Under the pieces are notes generated by a model. That model ran no database searches. It saw nothing but the letters and a program-made list of their open reading frames with translations, and had not been told where the DNA came from. Below, piece after piece: positions 51,170-63,600 of a stretch of DNA of 64,000 nucleotides. How positions within the stretch are numbered: the first letter of the stretch is position 1; every line of letters starts with the position of its first letter. This DNA is from Bilabrum cf. latius (lineage: Eukaryota): positions 620,001 to 684,000 of the forward strand of contig OZ237738.1 of NCBI GenBank assembly GCA_965178125.1, given 5' to 3'. The position numbers and the translations under genes were made by a program.

Positions 51170-54100
51170 ATGCTACCACTGCGTGACCCCAGCGTGGAGC
51201 GCAGGGTACCGCCAATGAAGAAGGTTTTGCCCAAGCTTGTTGCCCCCATCGGACAACCCAGTTGCATGACAGCTGCTGAGCTCCGAATGATGCACCAGCT
51301 ATGTGATAAACTGAGTGATGATGGGAAGTATCACAGCGTGGCTATCGAGAAGGCTGAGGTGGACTTGCTGTGCGGCAAGCTCTTGGGAAGCACACATGAT
51401 TCGAAAGTGCTTGTGCTCGACTTGGTGCGGACTCTGACGCTCGTATCGAGTGCAAGGGGCGCGCTAAGCTCAAAGTGGGTGCCGATTGTATGTGTATCCC
51501 TGGGGCCATTGGGAGATACATAGTCACCTACGGGCTTGCGACGCGTGTGCTCGGAAGCGCTGGCTGCGATGTTCGCCGCGTCGCCGCGTCGGGCATTTCG
51601 AGATATATCTGCCCCAAGCGCATCTCATGAACAGTATAAGCTAGTCGCCGATCAATCTGGTTCGGGGGGAAGTGTATAGACCGCTGGAGCGGAGCTTGCT
51701 GCTGGCGATGAGTCAACGGGAGTCATGTCCATGCAGTCGGTCGCACGTGCTGTTGACGGAGGGAACGAATGGAAGTGCTTCGCCCTCCAAGCAACCAAAG
51801 CTGCCACACGAATTCTACTCGCTCCTCGCACTGGTTCACCATCTGCTGCCGACAAGAAGCTCATGCTGGCAGCCGGCCGGTTGCTGATGACGGTATCTTG
51901 GTGTCTCGGCCAAGAGGCCGGGAAAGAGGAGTCGAAGGGATCTGGGAAGTCGCTGGCGGTGGGCAACGGCATCGTCGAGGCAGCATGCGGTGTGATCGAG
52001 GGCTTTATAGAGGCAGGGGATGAGGAGGAGAAGGAGGCTGGGTTTCGGGATGGGCTGAACCGGACGGTGCTTCTGGCTGCAGGGACGGCGTGCCACTGGG
52101 TGCCTGAGGCCAGGAAGAGGATGGAGGAGTTCGAGGTGGCAATGGCCTGGCTGGAGTCTGTAATAGATGGCATAGACGATGCAGAGGGTGATATATCAGG
52201 CAGGTGGGGCAAGCAGGATGCCACATCGGTGGGTGCCATCGCGAGTGGCGTGCTTCGTGTGCTGCGGGCTGAGGAGGAGGAGCCGGCTGCATCGTCCGGT
52301 GCTGGAGCAGATGACAGGGGGTATGCGCCTGCAGCTGGACGTGGGAAGTACTCGAATGGTGGATACTAGCCCATTGATGCTCCTACTCTGGCTGTCACTC
52401 ACAGGCAGGAAGCCAGGGAGCTGGAGTTGGAGCGAGCCAGAGCAGAGGAGGGAGTGGTTGTAGCATCAGCTAGCCGGGCAAGTGCAGCCATTCCGAATGC
52501 ATCCAATGCTACATAGCCCAAGGATCCTCAGCGCGACTTCGACGAGGCCCGGCAGATGGTGGCTCTGTCTCTGCTGGAGGCCAGGGAGCGCAAGGAGGCC
52601 ATCGAAGAGGTGGGCCTGGAGTTCCAGAGAGACGCTGAGGAGGCGGCCAGGCATGTGCCGGAGCTGATGGGGCTGGGAAAGTGGAGTAAGGGCCAGCAAG
52701 ATGAGGCTGTACAGGCAGCAACTGGGCATGCTGGGTAGGATGCAAGGGGTAGGGTCGCACTGCATGGTCTAGAGAGAGTTAGCGGTGGTATTGCAGGTGG
52801 CGCCAAGGCCATCCACAAGCAGCATGGGCTCTTCCTCAAGACTCCCAGCGATGAGCACGGTCTCTACGGCAGCGATGTCATGGCGGCCAAGGTAATGAAG
52901 CTGGAGATGAAGGCAGCCAGGTGGGTGCACGAAATGGACTCCATCCACGCCAACGGAGCCCTCACCACAGTGGTGGATGTGCCATATGAGCACAAGGATG
53001 GAGGGGGCATGGGTGTGTAGCGAGTGCTGGTGCAGGCACGACTCGGTGTGGGATCTACCACGCTTCGGTACGGGTCATCGAATAGTGGCAGGACGATCCA
53101 TCAGGACGAGGAGCAGGAGCGGGATGTTGTGGATGAATTGGCGGATCACTTCTGGCTGGCTCCAATCGGTCAGGCTTTGTGCGAGAAGCTGGTGCTGCAT
53201 AGGTACAAAAACCCGGCAGATGATACTGAATGTGCGTTCAACTGGCTGGACTACATGAAGTCAAAGGGCCACGACATGCGTGAGATTGAGGAAGCGTTCA
53301 TTCCCACGGACATCTCGGACAGGTCCGTGGAGTCGATGGTGTTGGAGGCTGGGGCTGATCTAGGCGCATCGTACCAGCCACGGAACGATCCACACGCATA
53401 GAGCGAGATAGCGCTTGCCTCACCGGGTCCACCAGTCACCGTTCGGTTGCAAGATGGCAGCTTGAGCCACAAGCTTCCATTCGACGTGGAGGTGCACCAG
53501 CTATCGAGTGGACGTCGGATGGTGCTCGATTCGCACCGTCTACTGATGCCTGACTTGGCCTGGATCAAGTGGTTGCGGAAGAGCGATGAATCCAGGCCTA
53601 GTGTATGGGCAGTGCAAATCAAGACCTCCGGTGAGCCGATGCCTATTGCTGATGAAGATCGCAGATTGAATCTTAGAACTGGACAGTTAGATGATATTCG
53701 AACCTGGGATAAGGTCAGTGCTGGCAGGCTGCCAAACAGTGTCAGAGCGTGGGCTCAGGGAATGGGCTTGCTTGACCTGTCAGACGATGTGCAAGAAGTG
53801 TCCAAGCACCGAGGTGCGGGTATCGTGCTGCTCAGTAGCAAGCCATCTAAGGAAAAGCCATCAGTGCTGTTCGTGGTATCGTGCCCGGCCTGGTACTGGG
53901 GCAACACACCCAGTCTGACCTGCATGATGCCACCGGAAGCAGCGAGGGTGGTGCGGGAGCTGAAGGATGGGGATGGCAATGCACTGCCTCGTGTGAGTCC
54001 TGACTGCATGCTAAGGCAAGGCTGCGATCCAGCTGGTAATCACAAGACCGCCCTGCTTCAAGTGACAGGAGCACTGTAGTCGGAGGGTCGATTGAAGCAA

Positions 54101-56092
54101 GTGCACAGGGAGCTGCTACATAGCTGTGAGCAAGTTCCGCCAGAGGATGATGGGGTGACTAGATCTCGCTCTGACCGTCTAGCGTCACTTCGAGCTGCTG
54201 CGAAGGCTGTTTTGAAGAAGTACGGTTTGTGTCTCCGTCACATCGGCATGGTGCACCGGCTATCCGAGAGGGGATTACAGCAGCTGACAGCCGACATGCT
54301 ATGGGCGTGCTGCTTGCCATTACCAGGAACGCAATCAGGCCGTGCACTGGCTGATGCGTTGGCCGCTGCAAAATCAGCTGTATCGTGTGAAGCAGGTAAA
54401 TCGCTGGACATCACTGCCGTGACATGGGCAGTTTGCAGTGCCCGTTCGTTTGCCGCCCGCGGGCTTTTGCTGCCGGGCACATCAATGGACGATTTCGGTG
54501 GAAGCGAGATGTCTCAAAGCAAGATGGGTCGCTTCAATTTTGATGCAGAGGTGCCGCTGGGCGCAATCGCGCTTGCCCAGCATGACGATGGGCATAATTT
54601 GGCGGCACATGAAGGACCCTGCCTGCCAAACCATATTGCCGTCGGTATCAGTCAAGCTGCTGCTGGTGGCTCCATTACTCGAAGAAACGATGGCAGCATT
54701 GATTTGGAAGGAGGCAAGTAGCGGGTGCTTAAACTCCTGACTGAGCTGGGCCACGTGCAGCGAGTGCATGGGTCGGGACAGGCGCGATTGCTGAAGCAGC
54801 TGGCCTCCGTTGGAAAGCACGGGGGGCATCTGCGGTCTATGGCGTTCCGGTGCATCGCACGAGTGGGCAGTTGCACTATGTCTGGAAGAGATGAAGCTGA
54901 GTCAAGCTCCAATGCTTGGATGTCAAGGTCCCTGCAAGGTTTGGGATCTATTGAAGCTGCCCTTGGATGCCACATTTAGCGCAGAAAGGACCATTCCTAG
55001 TCGATTGGGGTAGTTGATACGAGCAACATGGCCAGTTGCTTGCACAGCATGGGTCGACATGGAGAGGCGCTGAAGCTGCATGAGGAATGCAAGGAGGTCA
55101 TGGCCCGTGTGCTCGGCAAGGAGCATCCTCACTACTTGAATACTGTTGGCAACATGGCCAACTGCTTGCACAGTATGGGTCGGTATGGGGAGGCGCTAAA
55201 TCTGTACAGAGAATCCAAGGAGATCATGGTCCGTGTGCTCGGCAGTGAGCATCCTCACTACCTTCAAACTGCGGGTAACATGGCCAGCTGCTTGGACAGC
55301 ATTGGCCGGTACGGGGAGGCGCTGAAGCTACATGAGGAATGCAGGGAAGTGCGGGCCCGTGTGCTCGGCAGGGAGCATCCTGACTACCTGCACACCGTGG
55401 GTAACATGGCCAGCTGCTTGCATAGCATGGGAAGGCAAGGGGAGGCGCTGAAGCTACATGAGGAATGCAAGGAAGTGAAAACCCGTGTGCTTGGCAGGGA
55501 GCATCCGCAATACCTGCACACTGTGGGTAACATGGCCAGCTGCTTGCATAGCATGGGTAGACATGGAGAGGCGCTGAAGCTGCATGAGGAATGCAAGGAG
55601 GTCACGGCCCGTGTGCTTGGCAAGGAGCATCCGGACTACTTGAGCACTGTGGGCAACATGGCCAACTGCTTGCATAGCATGGGTCGACATGCGGAGGCGC
55701 TAAAACTGCATGAGGAATGCAAGGAAGTGAAAAGTTGTGTGCTCGGCAGGGAGCATCCATCCTACTTGCGCACTGTGGGAAACACGGCCGTATGCCTGTA
55801 GGACATGGGTCGGCATGGAGAAGCGCTGAAGCTACATGAGGAATGCAAAGAAGTGAAAATCCGTGTGCTTGGCAGGGAGCATCCTGACTACCTGCACACT
55901 GTTGGCAACATGGCCAGCTGCCTGTACAGCATGGGCCGGTATGGGGAGGCGCTGAAGCTGTATGAGGAATGCAAGGAAAAGCAGGCCCGTGTGCTTGGCA
56001 GGGAGCATCCTGACTACCTGCGCACTGTAAGCAACATGACCATATGCTTGGAGAGCATGGGTCGGTATGGGGAGGCGCTAAAACTACATTGA
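51170..56092 (+). CDS. Clu (clustered-mitochondria)-domain protein with N-terminal PUL-like region and C-terminal 42-aa TPR array (~1640 aa)
   Basis: One frame with 12 TAGs; ends TGA. Clu motifs GIAGGAK...GLFLK..SDEHGLYGSDVMAAK...TLRYGSSNSGRTIH and PFDVEVH...GRRMVLDSHRLLMP; CLU-central-like LKKYGLCLRHIG; PUL-like KYHS...LLCGKLL...VLDLVRTL. Start uncertain. Confidence 0.8.
55022..56089 (+). repeat. Coding tandem repeat, 126-bp unit, 8 full copies plus a partial ninth (kinesin-light-chain-type TPR)
   Basis: Unit GNMASCLHSMGRHGEALKLHEECKEVxARVLGREHPDYLHTV recurs at 126-bp spacing with high DNA identity. Confidence 0.95.
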
Positions 56093-56093
56093 A

Positions 56094-57315
56094 CCTAGAC
56101 TACAGATCAGATTTGTCCCTTCAACCACAACCATTGGCTCATCTTCACGGCTGCTGCAATCCCCACTGGTTGGCAGTTACCAAAAAGAAAATTACTGTTC
56201 CCGGTCCCGCGGACCCACTGGGCTTCACCCCGAACGACTGGTTCTTCACCGGTCCACGTGAATGCGGTATTCATCTGACACTACGAATGAACACGCCACT
56301 TTCCCAATGCACCCGACTGGCCTCGTCGCCACATGGCTTGCTGTTCCTGTTCCCCGCCCTAGGAACCGTGTGCTTTGCTCCCTGCATTGCCACCTTGGCC
56401 CTATCCTTTCAGCTTGCACGCGCCGGTCCTGGCCGACCTGCCGTGCGCCCCATCTGTCCACCCACCTGTTGGCCCTCTGCGTGCTGCTGGCCGTGCAGCC
56501 CGCTCCCGCCCGCGTCTCCCTCGTGCCTTGCACCTGGAGCCCCCATTCCTCCCGTTGTGTTCTTCCTGTTGACACCGCACTGTCGTCGCCTGTGCCGGTG
56601 TCCCCCTCTTCTTCTCCACCTCCTGTCCTCCTGCGCCCACCTCGTCTTCCGGCTCACCTCTGCTCCCCATTGCTTCAATCCTGATATACGAGTACATATA
56701 TTATATAATAACATGATCCTAGACTGCAGATCAGTTAATATTACCCCCAAAAGATCTCTGCCCCCAGTCCCGGAGACCCACTGGGATTCACCCCGAACGA
56801 CTGGCTCTTCACCAGCCCACGTGAATGCGGTATACCTCAGTTTCTACGAATGTACACAAGACTTTCCCCATGTGCGTCGACTGGCCTCGTCGCTGCATGT
56901 CTCCCCGTCCCCGTTCCCCCCTCGACCTTCTTCACCTAAGGGTGCACGTATAGGTCCTGGCCGTTCGTGCTCTCGAGAGCATCAAGTGCTGGTCAGCCCA
57001 CAACAACGCCCATCTCCTCGTCTCGATTTTCGACAAGAATCGGAACACGGAACATCCCGACCTGCCATGCGTCCCATCCATGCAACCGCCTGTAAGCCTC
57101 TTCTGCGCAGTGCTTGCCATCCAGACCGGTGCCACTCGCGTCTCCCTTGTGCCTGGCACCTGGAGCCCCCCGTCCTCCCCTTGTGTTCTCCCATTGACAC
57201 CGCACTATCGTCGCCAGTGCCGTTGCCCACCTCTTGTTCCTCTCCACATCATGTCCGTCGGAGCCGACCTCCACTTCCGGAATCTGAAATCCGCATCATC
57301 TCTGCTCCCCGTACG
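56094..57315. repeat. Diverged tandem duplication, unit ~620 bp (56094-56717 and 56718-~57315)
   Basis: Shared blocks CCTAGACT(A/G)CAGATCAG, GACCCACTGGG.TTCACCCCGAACGACTGG, CACGTGAATGCGGTAT, CACCTGGAGCCCC and TTGACACCGCACT.TCGTCGCC occur in the same order in both copies. Confidence 0.85.
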
Positions 57316-57674
57316 TATATACCAAGGCTCAGCTCAAGGCAGAGAGCGGCGCATGCGGCCAAGGCCCCGCTCCTTGGGACCTTGAGGTGCGGATGGTGGA
57401 TGTGGCTTGCGCCACTCTTGCGTACTCCCAGGTGGCTGCATCGACTGGATCGAGTCTGTCGTGCGAAGTTGGAGATGGGGAATCCCAGAGGAGTCGCTCC
57501 AGCTCTGGTTGTGCCCCCCTGCGGCACCTGACAAAAAAAACGAACAAATTCGGGTTAAATTTGGATCAATGTGCACCTTACTCAATTTGAAATTCCGGCA
57601 ATTCAGAAATTCCCGGCATAGCAGCTCGATTTGGAATTTTGATTTGATTTTTTTAGTTTTCGCTTGAGTTCACG

Positions 57675-60600
57675 ATGATTGCTAGGCCTTCTCGGTCCGC
57701 TGCATCTCGTGGTACTGCAGGTGGTGATCAAGACGATGTTGCAAGACAGGCATACGAAACGAAGTCTGGCAGGCACACAAAGCGCGTGAATTACAATTGG
57801 GAAGACCAGGAGGCAGATATTTCCGACGACGATATTGTTTCACGCGGTAGTGTGGCGCACGAATCGTCCGAGGAAGAGCCTGAGATAGATGAGTGGATCA
57901 TCGACCAGATTGTGGCTCGCAGAAGGCTGCACTTGACGCCGGCCGAGATTGCGCGGAAAGCCACGGAAGAGCACGACGCCTGGGGCATGGGAGAATATGC
58001 TTAGTTTGAGTACTTGGTGAAGTTCCAAGGGCGCTCATACCTCCACTGCAAGTGGTGCGACATTGCAGTCGTTGCTGAGCACGGCCCCGATAGGATTAAG
58101 ATGATGCTCACTCGGTTCACGAAGAAATGGGACTAGGAGCATGGTGACGAAGAGGAGTCTGGGGAGTATATCGACCCGTCGTTTTTGCAAGTCGACAGAA
58201 TCCTTGCAGAGAAGGAGGTCGAGCGGCTTTTCCCGGTGGACAGTCCTCTCCCCCCGCGCCTCGCCAAGGTGCTCGGCTTGTCCTCCTCCGCGGGGCATTC
58301 TCCGGGCCCCAGCTCATCTGCAGGGTCGACAGCTGCAGCGATCGCCAGCCCAGGGTACACAGACATGTCTTCCAGACCCTCCTCCAGTGATGGCACTGGG
58401 GCACTGCAGGCAGGCACGAGGGCTCGGAGGTCACTGGGCACGACGAGCGATGGAGACGCAATGGAGGGATCCAGTAGCCTGGACGCTGAGGCAGCTGCAG
58501 CTGACCAAAAATCTGCGAGCGATTCATCCAGCTCTGCAGCCGCAGCAGCCGATGAAGACGGCGAGGATGAGGATGGCTCGCCCACCGCAGAGGCAGGAAT
58601 AGGACACTCTTCGTCGGCTGCATCCGCTGCTGCAGAGTACATGCCAGAGGAGCTGGCAAACAAAACGAGGCTAGTTGCTTACGAAAGCGTTTCGGTGAGG
58701 CAGGCGCAAAAGCAAGGTGGCAAGTACCGCGTGATCCGAGAGCGAGCCTTCCTGGTCAAGTGGATGAACCTGCCCGACTCGTACAACACCTGGGAATTCG
58801 CAACTGATCTCGATGACGACGCCAAGGTGCTTGCTTACAGGCGAAGGTCGAAGCCACCGTCCACTGCGAGGCTGGACCCAGGCAGGCGGCTCATGGGCTG
58901 CTAGCCCACGCAGACCGCCATGCAGCTGGCGGGCATGGGCTCGGGAAGTGCTGGTCTGTTCGCATCAGGCAGCTCCGGTGGAAGGCCTGGCCAGCGTGCT
59001 GGAAGCAGCGCAAGGGAGAGGAAGGCGCAGGAAGATGAGGACGAATACGATGCCATGGATGCTGACCTTGATGACGCCCACGAGGACGATCAGGAGCTCG
59101 ACCATTTGGTGGAGGAGGAGGACGAGGACGGCGGCTTGGACCAGCAAGGAGCGTATGAGATGGACTCTGACGACGAGGCCGACTACTCGCAAAAGCTCGG
59201 TGACTTTGATCGGCAGAAGACGGTGTTTCTTTCTGAAGCGCTGACGATCGCAATGAAGCCGGAGAATCTGGCCCAAGTAGGCGTCAGCATGCCCCAGCCA
59301 GCCGAGGCTGCCCTGTGGCCAGACGAGACGGACAAGGTGGAGGAGCTTCGGGCAAGCGTGGAGGACCTGGAAGACGAGTGCGAGCACCAAGAAGACGAAG
59401 GCAACGATGCGAGCGAGAGCCGCGACAAGCTAGAGAAGCTGCAAGAGGACCTCTCTGCCACTGAGACGAGGATGAAACAGAGGCACGAAGCTCTGATGGA
59501 CTTCCAGCAGAGACATGAAGCATACAAGCTGAAGCTGTAGATGCACGAGAACGCGGTGCGAACTCACTTGCAAAACTAGGTGCAGTTGGAGAGGCAACAG
59601 TTCATCGTGCAGCTGCAGGCTCAGCTAAGCAAGTCCAAGCACGAGCGCGGGCCAGATGGAGGGCATGCCTCGCGCCGCAGGCAGTCCTCGAAGAGAGGCT
59701 ACGTGCCGTCTAGCAAGTACGAGCTGCCGGGCGCAGAGAACCTTCCGGCCAAGTACCACAGCCAGAACAACCTGCCTGCAGGACTCGGCCGGGACGATGA
59801 CGTGAGGCCTTTGCTCTCGAAGCACGCGATGCGGTCGCTGGAGTTCGCAAAGAACATCGGCAACTTGGTAATGTACGCCTACGTCAGGTCCTTGGCAGTG
59901 TCGGGCAAGCGACAGCGCGACATCTGCAAGGCCGTCGGACTGAACCACAGCGGCATCAGCACGTACATCAACGGCCGCAGTCGGTTGTCGAAGCGCTGGA
60001 CCACGGCTCTCAGAGAGTGGCTCAGCAAGAATCTCGATCCCGCACTGGAGGCTCACCGATCTGCCATCCTCAAGGCTGAGCCCAACGTGGACGTCGACTG
60101 GGGGGTGATGACGAATGAGGAAAGACAGCAGGAGAAGGAACGGCTTGAACAGGAACGTATCCGACAGGCAGGTATTGAGATGGCCGACGACGAGGGGCCG
60201 ATTGGGTACGACCTGACCGACAGCAGAGCTGCCGTCACAGAGCAAGTTAGGGCGGGCGCGCTGCAGCAGGGCATCGACCCTGTCGCGAGGGCGATGGAGG
60301 GCGTGCGGCGCGACCACCGTGGCGTGTCCCGGTTTGAGGCATACGGCGTCAGCATCATCGACGGCATGACTGCGGATGTGGAGGTGGGCGACGACAGCAA
60401 TGGTGGTACAGGCGAGGCAGCCGGCAGTGGTAGAAATTTTAATTTGTTCTCCGCTCCCGTTGCAATGAGTTATGATGCCCGAGCAGGCTCCAGTGATGTA
60501 CTGAAGCGCGCCGCAGTCGCGGATGCCATCGCGGTGATGGCAGGCAATGCGCACCCTGGCACGCGCGAAGATCTGCCCGCTCTCCCCACCGAGCGTTCAG

Positions 60601-63600
60601 GACTCACCGAGGAGCAGCTGGCCGACCGCAGAGTACACCTCGAGCTTGCGCAACAAGCCGCTGCATATGTTTCTAGCGACTGCGTCGCCTTGGTACCAGC
60701 TGGTGGCCTGCATCTGCTGCTGGACGGGTTGGAGCCTATGCTTGCCGATTTGGAGATGCAAGCTGGGCCTCCTCAGACCAGCGAGCAGTCCTCCAGCTCG
60801 CCTCTCGAAGAGAAGAAGGAATCCAAGGATGACGAGGAGGATGCTGCGATGCGAGATGACGGCGACGACGAGGACGACGAGGACGATGAAGACGAGGCGG
60901 GGGGCGCTGCAGATGCTGCAGGCGGGAAGCACGAGCACCGTGGCAGCTTGATTTGGCTCAGGAGGCTCTACGCTGCGGCATCCGCCGAGGCCGTCCGCAC
61001 GCTCAAGCGGGTCGATCGCATGCGCTCAGAACGAGAGGCGCGTCGGGAGGAGCTAGGCTTGGAATCCAGCGAGGAAATGGGGGCGGGTGCGACCGAGAAT
61101 CCAGCGCTTGAGGTTGTACTGGCCACCGTAGCTGCCAGAAAAGACACTTGGTCCGGAGCCAGCGATGCTGCTGCTAGTGCTGCTGCGGCTTAGGTTGCAC
61201 GTAGTATTGCTCCGTCCACGGTAATTGCTGCCGGCTTGCCTGGCCCTGATCAAGGTGGAAGCAGTCCTTCAGCAGATGCCGGAAGTGCCGGCGACGGCAG
61301 TGAGGCTGGTTCAGCCAGCGATGCGAGAGGCAGTGCCCCTGCAGATGCAACATCCAGTGGTACCGCCGGAGCTTCCGGCAGCTCGCATGCCGGGGCATCC
61401 GCCCAGGCGGCCATGGAGGAGGACGAAGATGCGGGATCGCTCTCCGATGTCAAGGCAGAGCCGACGGGATTTTCAACCACCGAGGCAGCGAGGGAGGTGA
61501 TTGCGGAGGCGACGGCAGCCACTGCTGCCAAGTCCAGAGAGATGGTGGCCCACCAGCTCCTGCCAAGAAACGAAGCCATGTCTATCATCTCGCCAATCCC
61601 TGCATCCTTGATGTGTGCATCTTTGGGGCACGTTTTTCTTGGCGGGAGGTGGCTCTCAAGAGGTCTCAGTGAGCACAAGGTCCGGGTCGCTTTCCGCGAC
61701 ATTGGGCCAGAGGCAGCGTCTGTTCTGTACCCGGTGTATCTGCAGCTGTGCGATCAGACAGACAAGGGGTCGAGGGCAGGCATTGCCATGTGGGACCCTC
61801 TAGACGGAGACTATGCGACTGCGCTGGCAGCTGCCAAGAAGGGCGATTCAGCGCAGGCGCCGCACTCAAGAGCCATTGACAAGGTGGTGATCGCCTTGTA
61901 TGAGGCTAGGCGGTAGCAAGAGGACACCGCAATGCTGTTGTCCTCTGCATCGGCAGCATCCGGCGAAGCGCTTGCAACGCCACCGAGGGGCAAGGGCGCC
62001 GCATCTGGGGCCGGCTCCTCCCTGTCCTCACTGGACGACATCACTGCCTTGCTGGCAGATGCAGGATCTCCGCAAGGCGGCATGATCGGAAGGTCCCAGG
62101 CACTTGCGGCAGCTGCACAGGCAGCAGCGCTTGGTGGCTCCGCGCGTCCTCGGCAGGTGCGTCTGTGGGACTCAACAGACGACCCGGAGGATGGTCCCGT
62201 GGATTGGGACGAGGTGCCCATCATCATCGAGTCCAAGAGCAAGCAGCCGCCTCCCACTCGCAAGGCTCGTGGGTCTGGCTTTATCCCCTACGATCAGAGC
62301 ATCGAGTACGGTGGTGGTCGCACGCTTCGTAGCTATCAGGTGGAGGGTCTGAACTGGTTGCTGGCTGCGTGGCATGGTCGGCGCAACGTCATCCTCGCTG
62401 ATGAAATGGGCCTCGGGAAGACGGCTCAGATCATCTCGTATTTTGAGCACCTGCACCGAGCCGACGGAGTGAAGGGTCCTTTCTTGGTCATCGCTCCCCT
62501 GAGCACGATTGCCCATTGGAGGCGAGAGACCGAAGCGTGGACGGATATGCAGGCTTGCGTCTACCACGGCAGCGGTGGCCTCGGCAAGACAGGTTCTGAG
62601 GTCCGCGCGATGATCCGGGAATGGGAGTGGTACTATCCTGGCTACGCCAAAGAGCCGGCCGCACTTCGGTTTGACGTGCTGATCACAACGTATGAGATCG
62701 CCATCCAGGACGTGGAGCACCTGGCAAACATTCCGTGGGTGGTCATGGTAGTTGACGAGGGTCACAGGCTGCGGGGAGCAAGCAGCAAGCTGAAGGAGGT
62801 GCTGCAGGGACACCTCTACAACGACCGCGGTGACATTGCCGAGAAGGGCATCGAGGCAGACTTCAGGGTGCTGCTGACCGGCACGCCCCTGCAGAACAGC
62901 ATGGCTGAGCTGTGGTCTCTACTGAACTTCCTTGAGCCCGATCTCTTCGACAACTTGGAACAGTTCAACGACGAGTTTGGCGAGCTGCGCACCCAGGAGC
63001 AGGTTGGCAAGCTTCAGCGCATGCTGGCGCCGCACCTCCTACGCCGAGTCAAGGAAGACGTGGAGAAGAGCATCCCCCGCAAGGAAGAAACCATCATTGA
63101 GGTGGAGCTCACCCTCGTGCAGAAACAGTACTACCGGGCTATTCTCGAGAGGAACCGTCTCTTCTTGTACCGTGGGTGTGACAAGAGCAACCTTCCGGGC
63201 CTGTCCAACATCGAGATGCAGCTAAGGAAGTGCTGCAACCACCCGTATTTGATCAACGGCGTGGAAGACAAAGACGTGATAGACTTTGAGCAAGGATTGA
63301 GGCAGCAAGTCAAGGAGCGGAAGCCGGAGCTTGAGGAATTGCGGCGCAAAGAGAAGGCGGCCGCAAGGGGCATGCCAGTGGATCTGTCAGCTGCGACCGT
63401 GGCATCTGCGTCCTCTGCAGCATCATCTTTGTCTTCCTCGTCGGCAAGCGCGTCTGCCTCTGCCACTGGTGAATCCATGGGCGGGCCAGACGCCAAGCGT
63501 GATGGCTCCGGTCATGTAGCAGAGGATGCCGATCTCTTGAGGCTCCATCGCTTGCGACGTCTGCCGGGACAGCACCGTCGCATCGAACGCATGATCGAGG

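Noticed and set aside
55022-56089. CRISPR-like array
   Set aside because: The 126-bp units are contiguous, in frame and encode TPRs. There are no unique spacers or cas genes.
56044-57531. 495-aa ORF spanning the tandem duplication
   Set aside because: Pro/Cys/Ser-rich with a TTG start and no motif. The two repeat copies are read in inconsistent frames, so it is likely a chance ORF.
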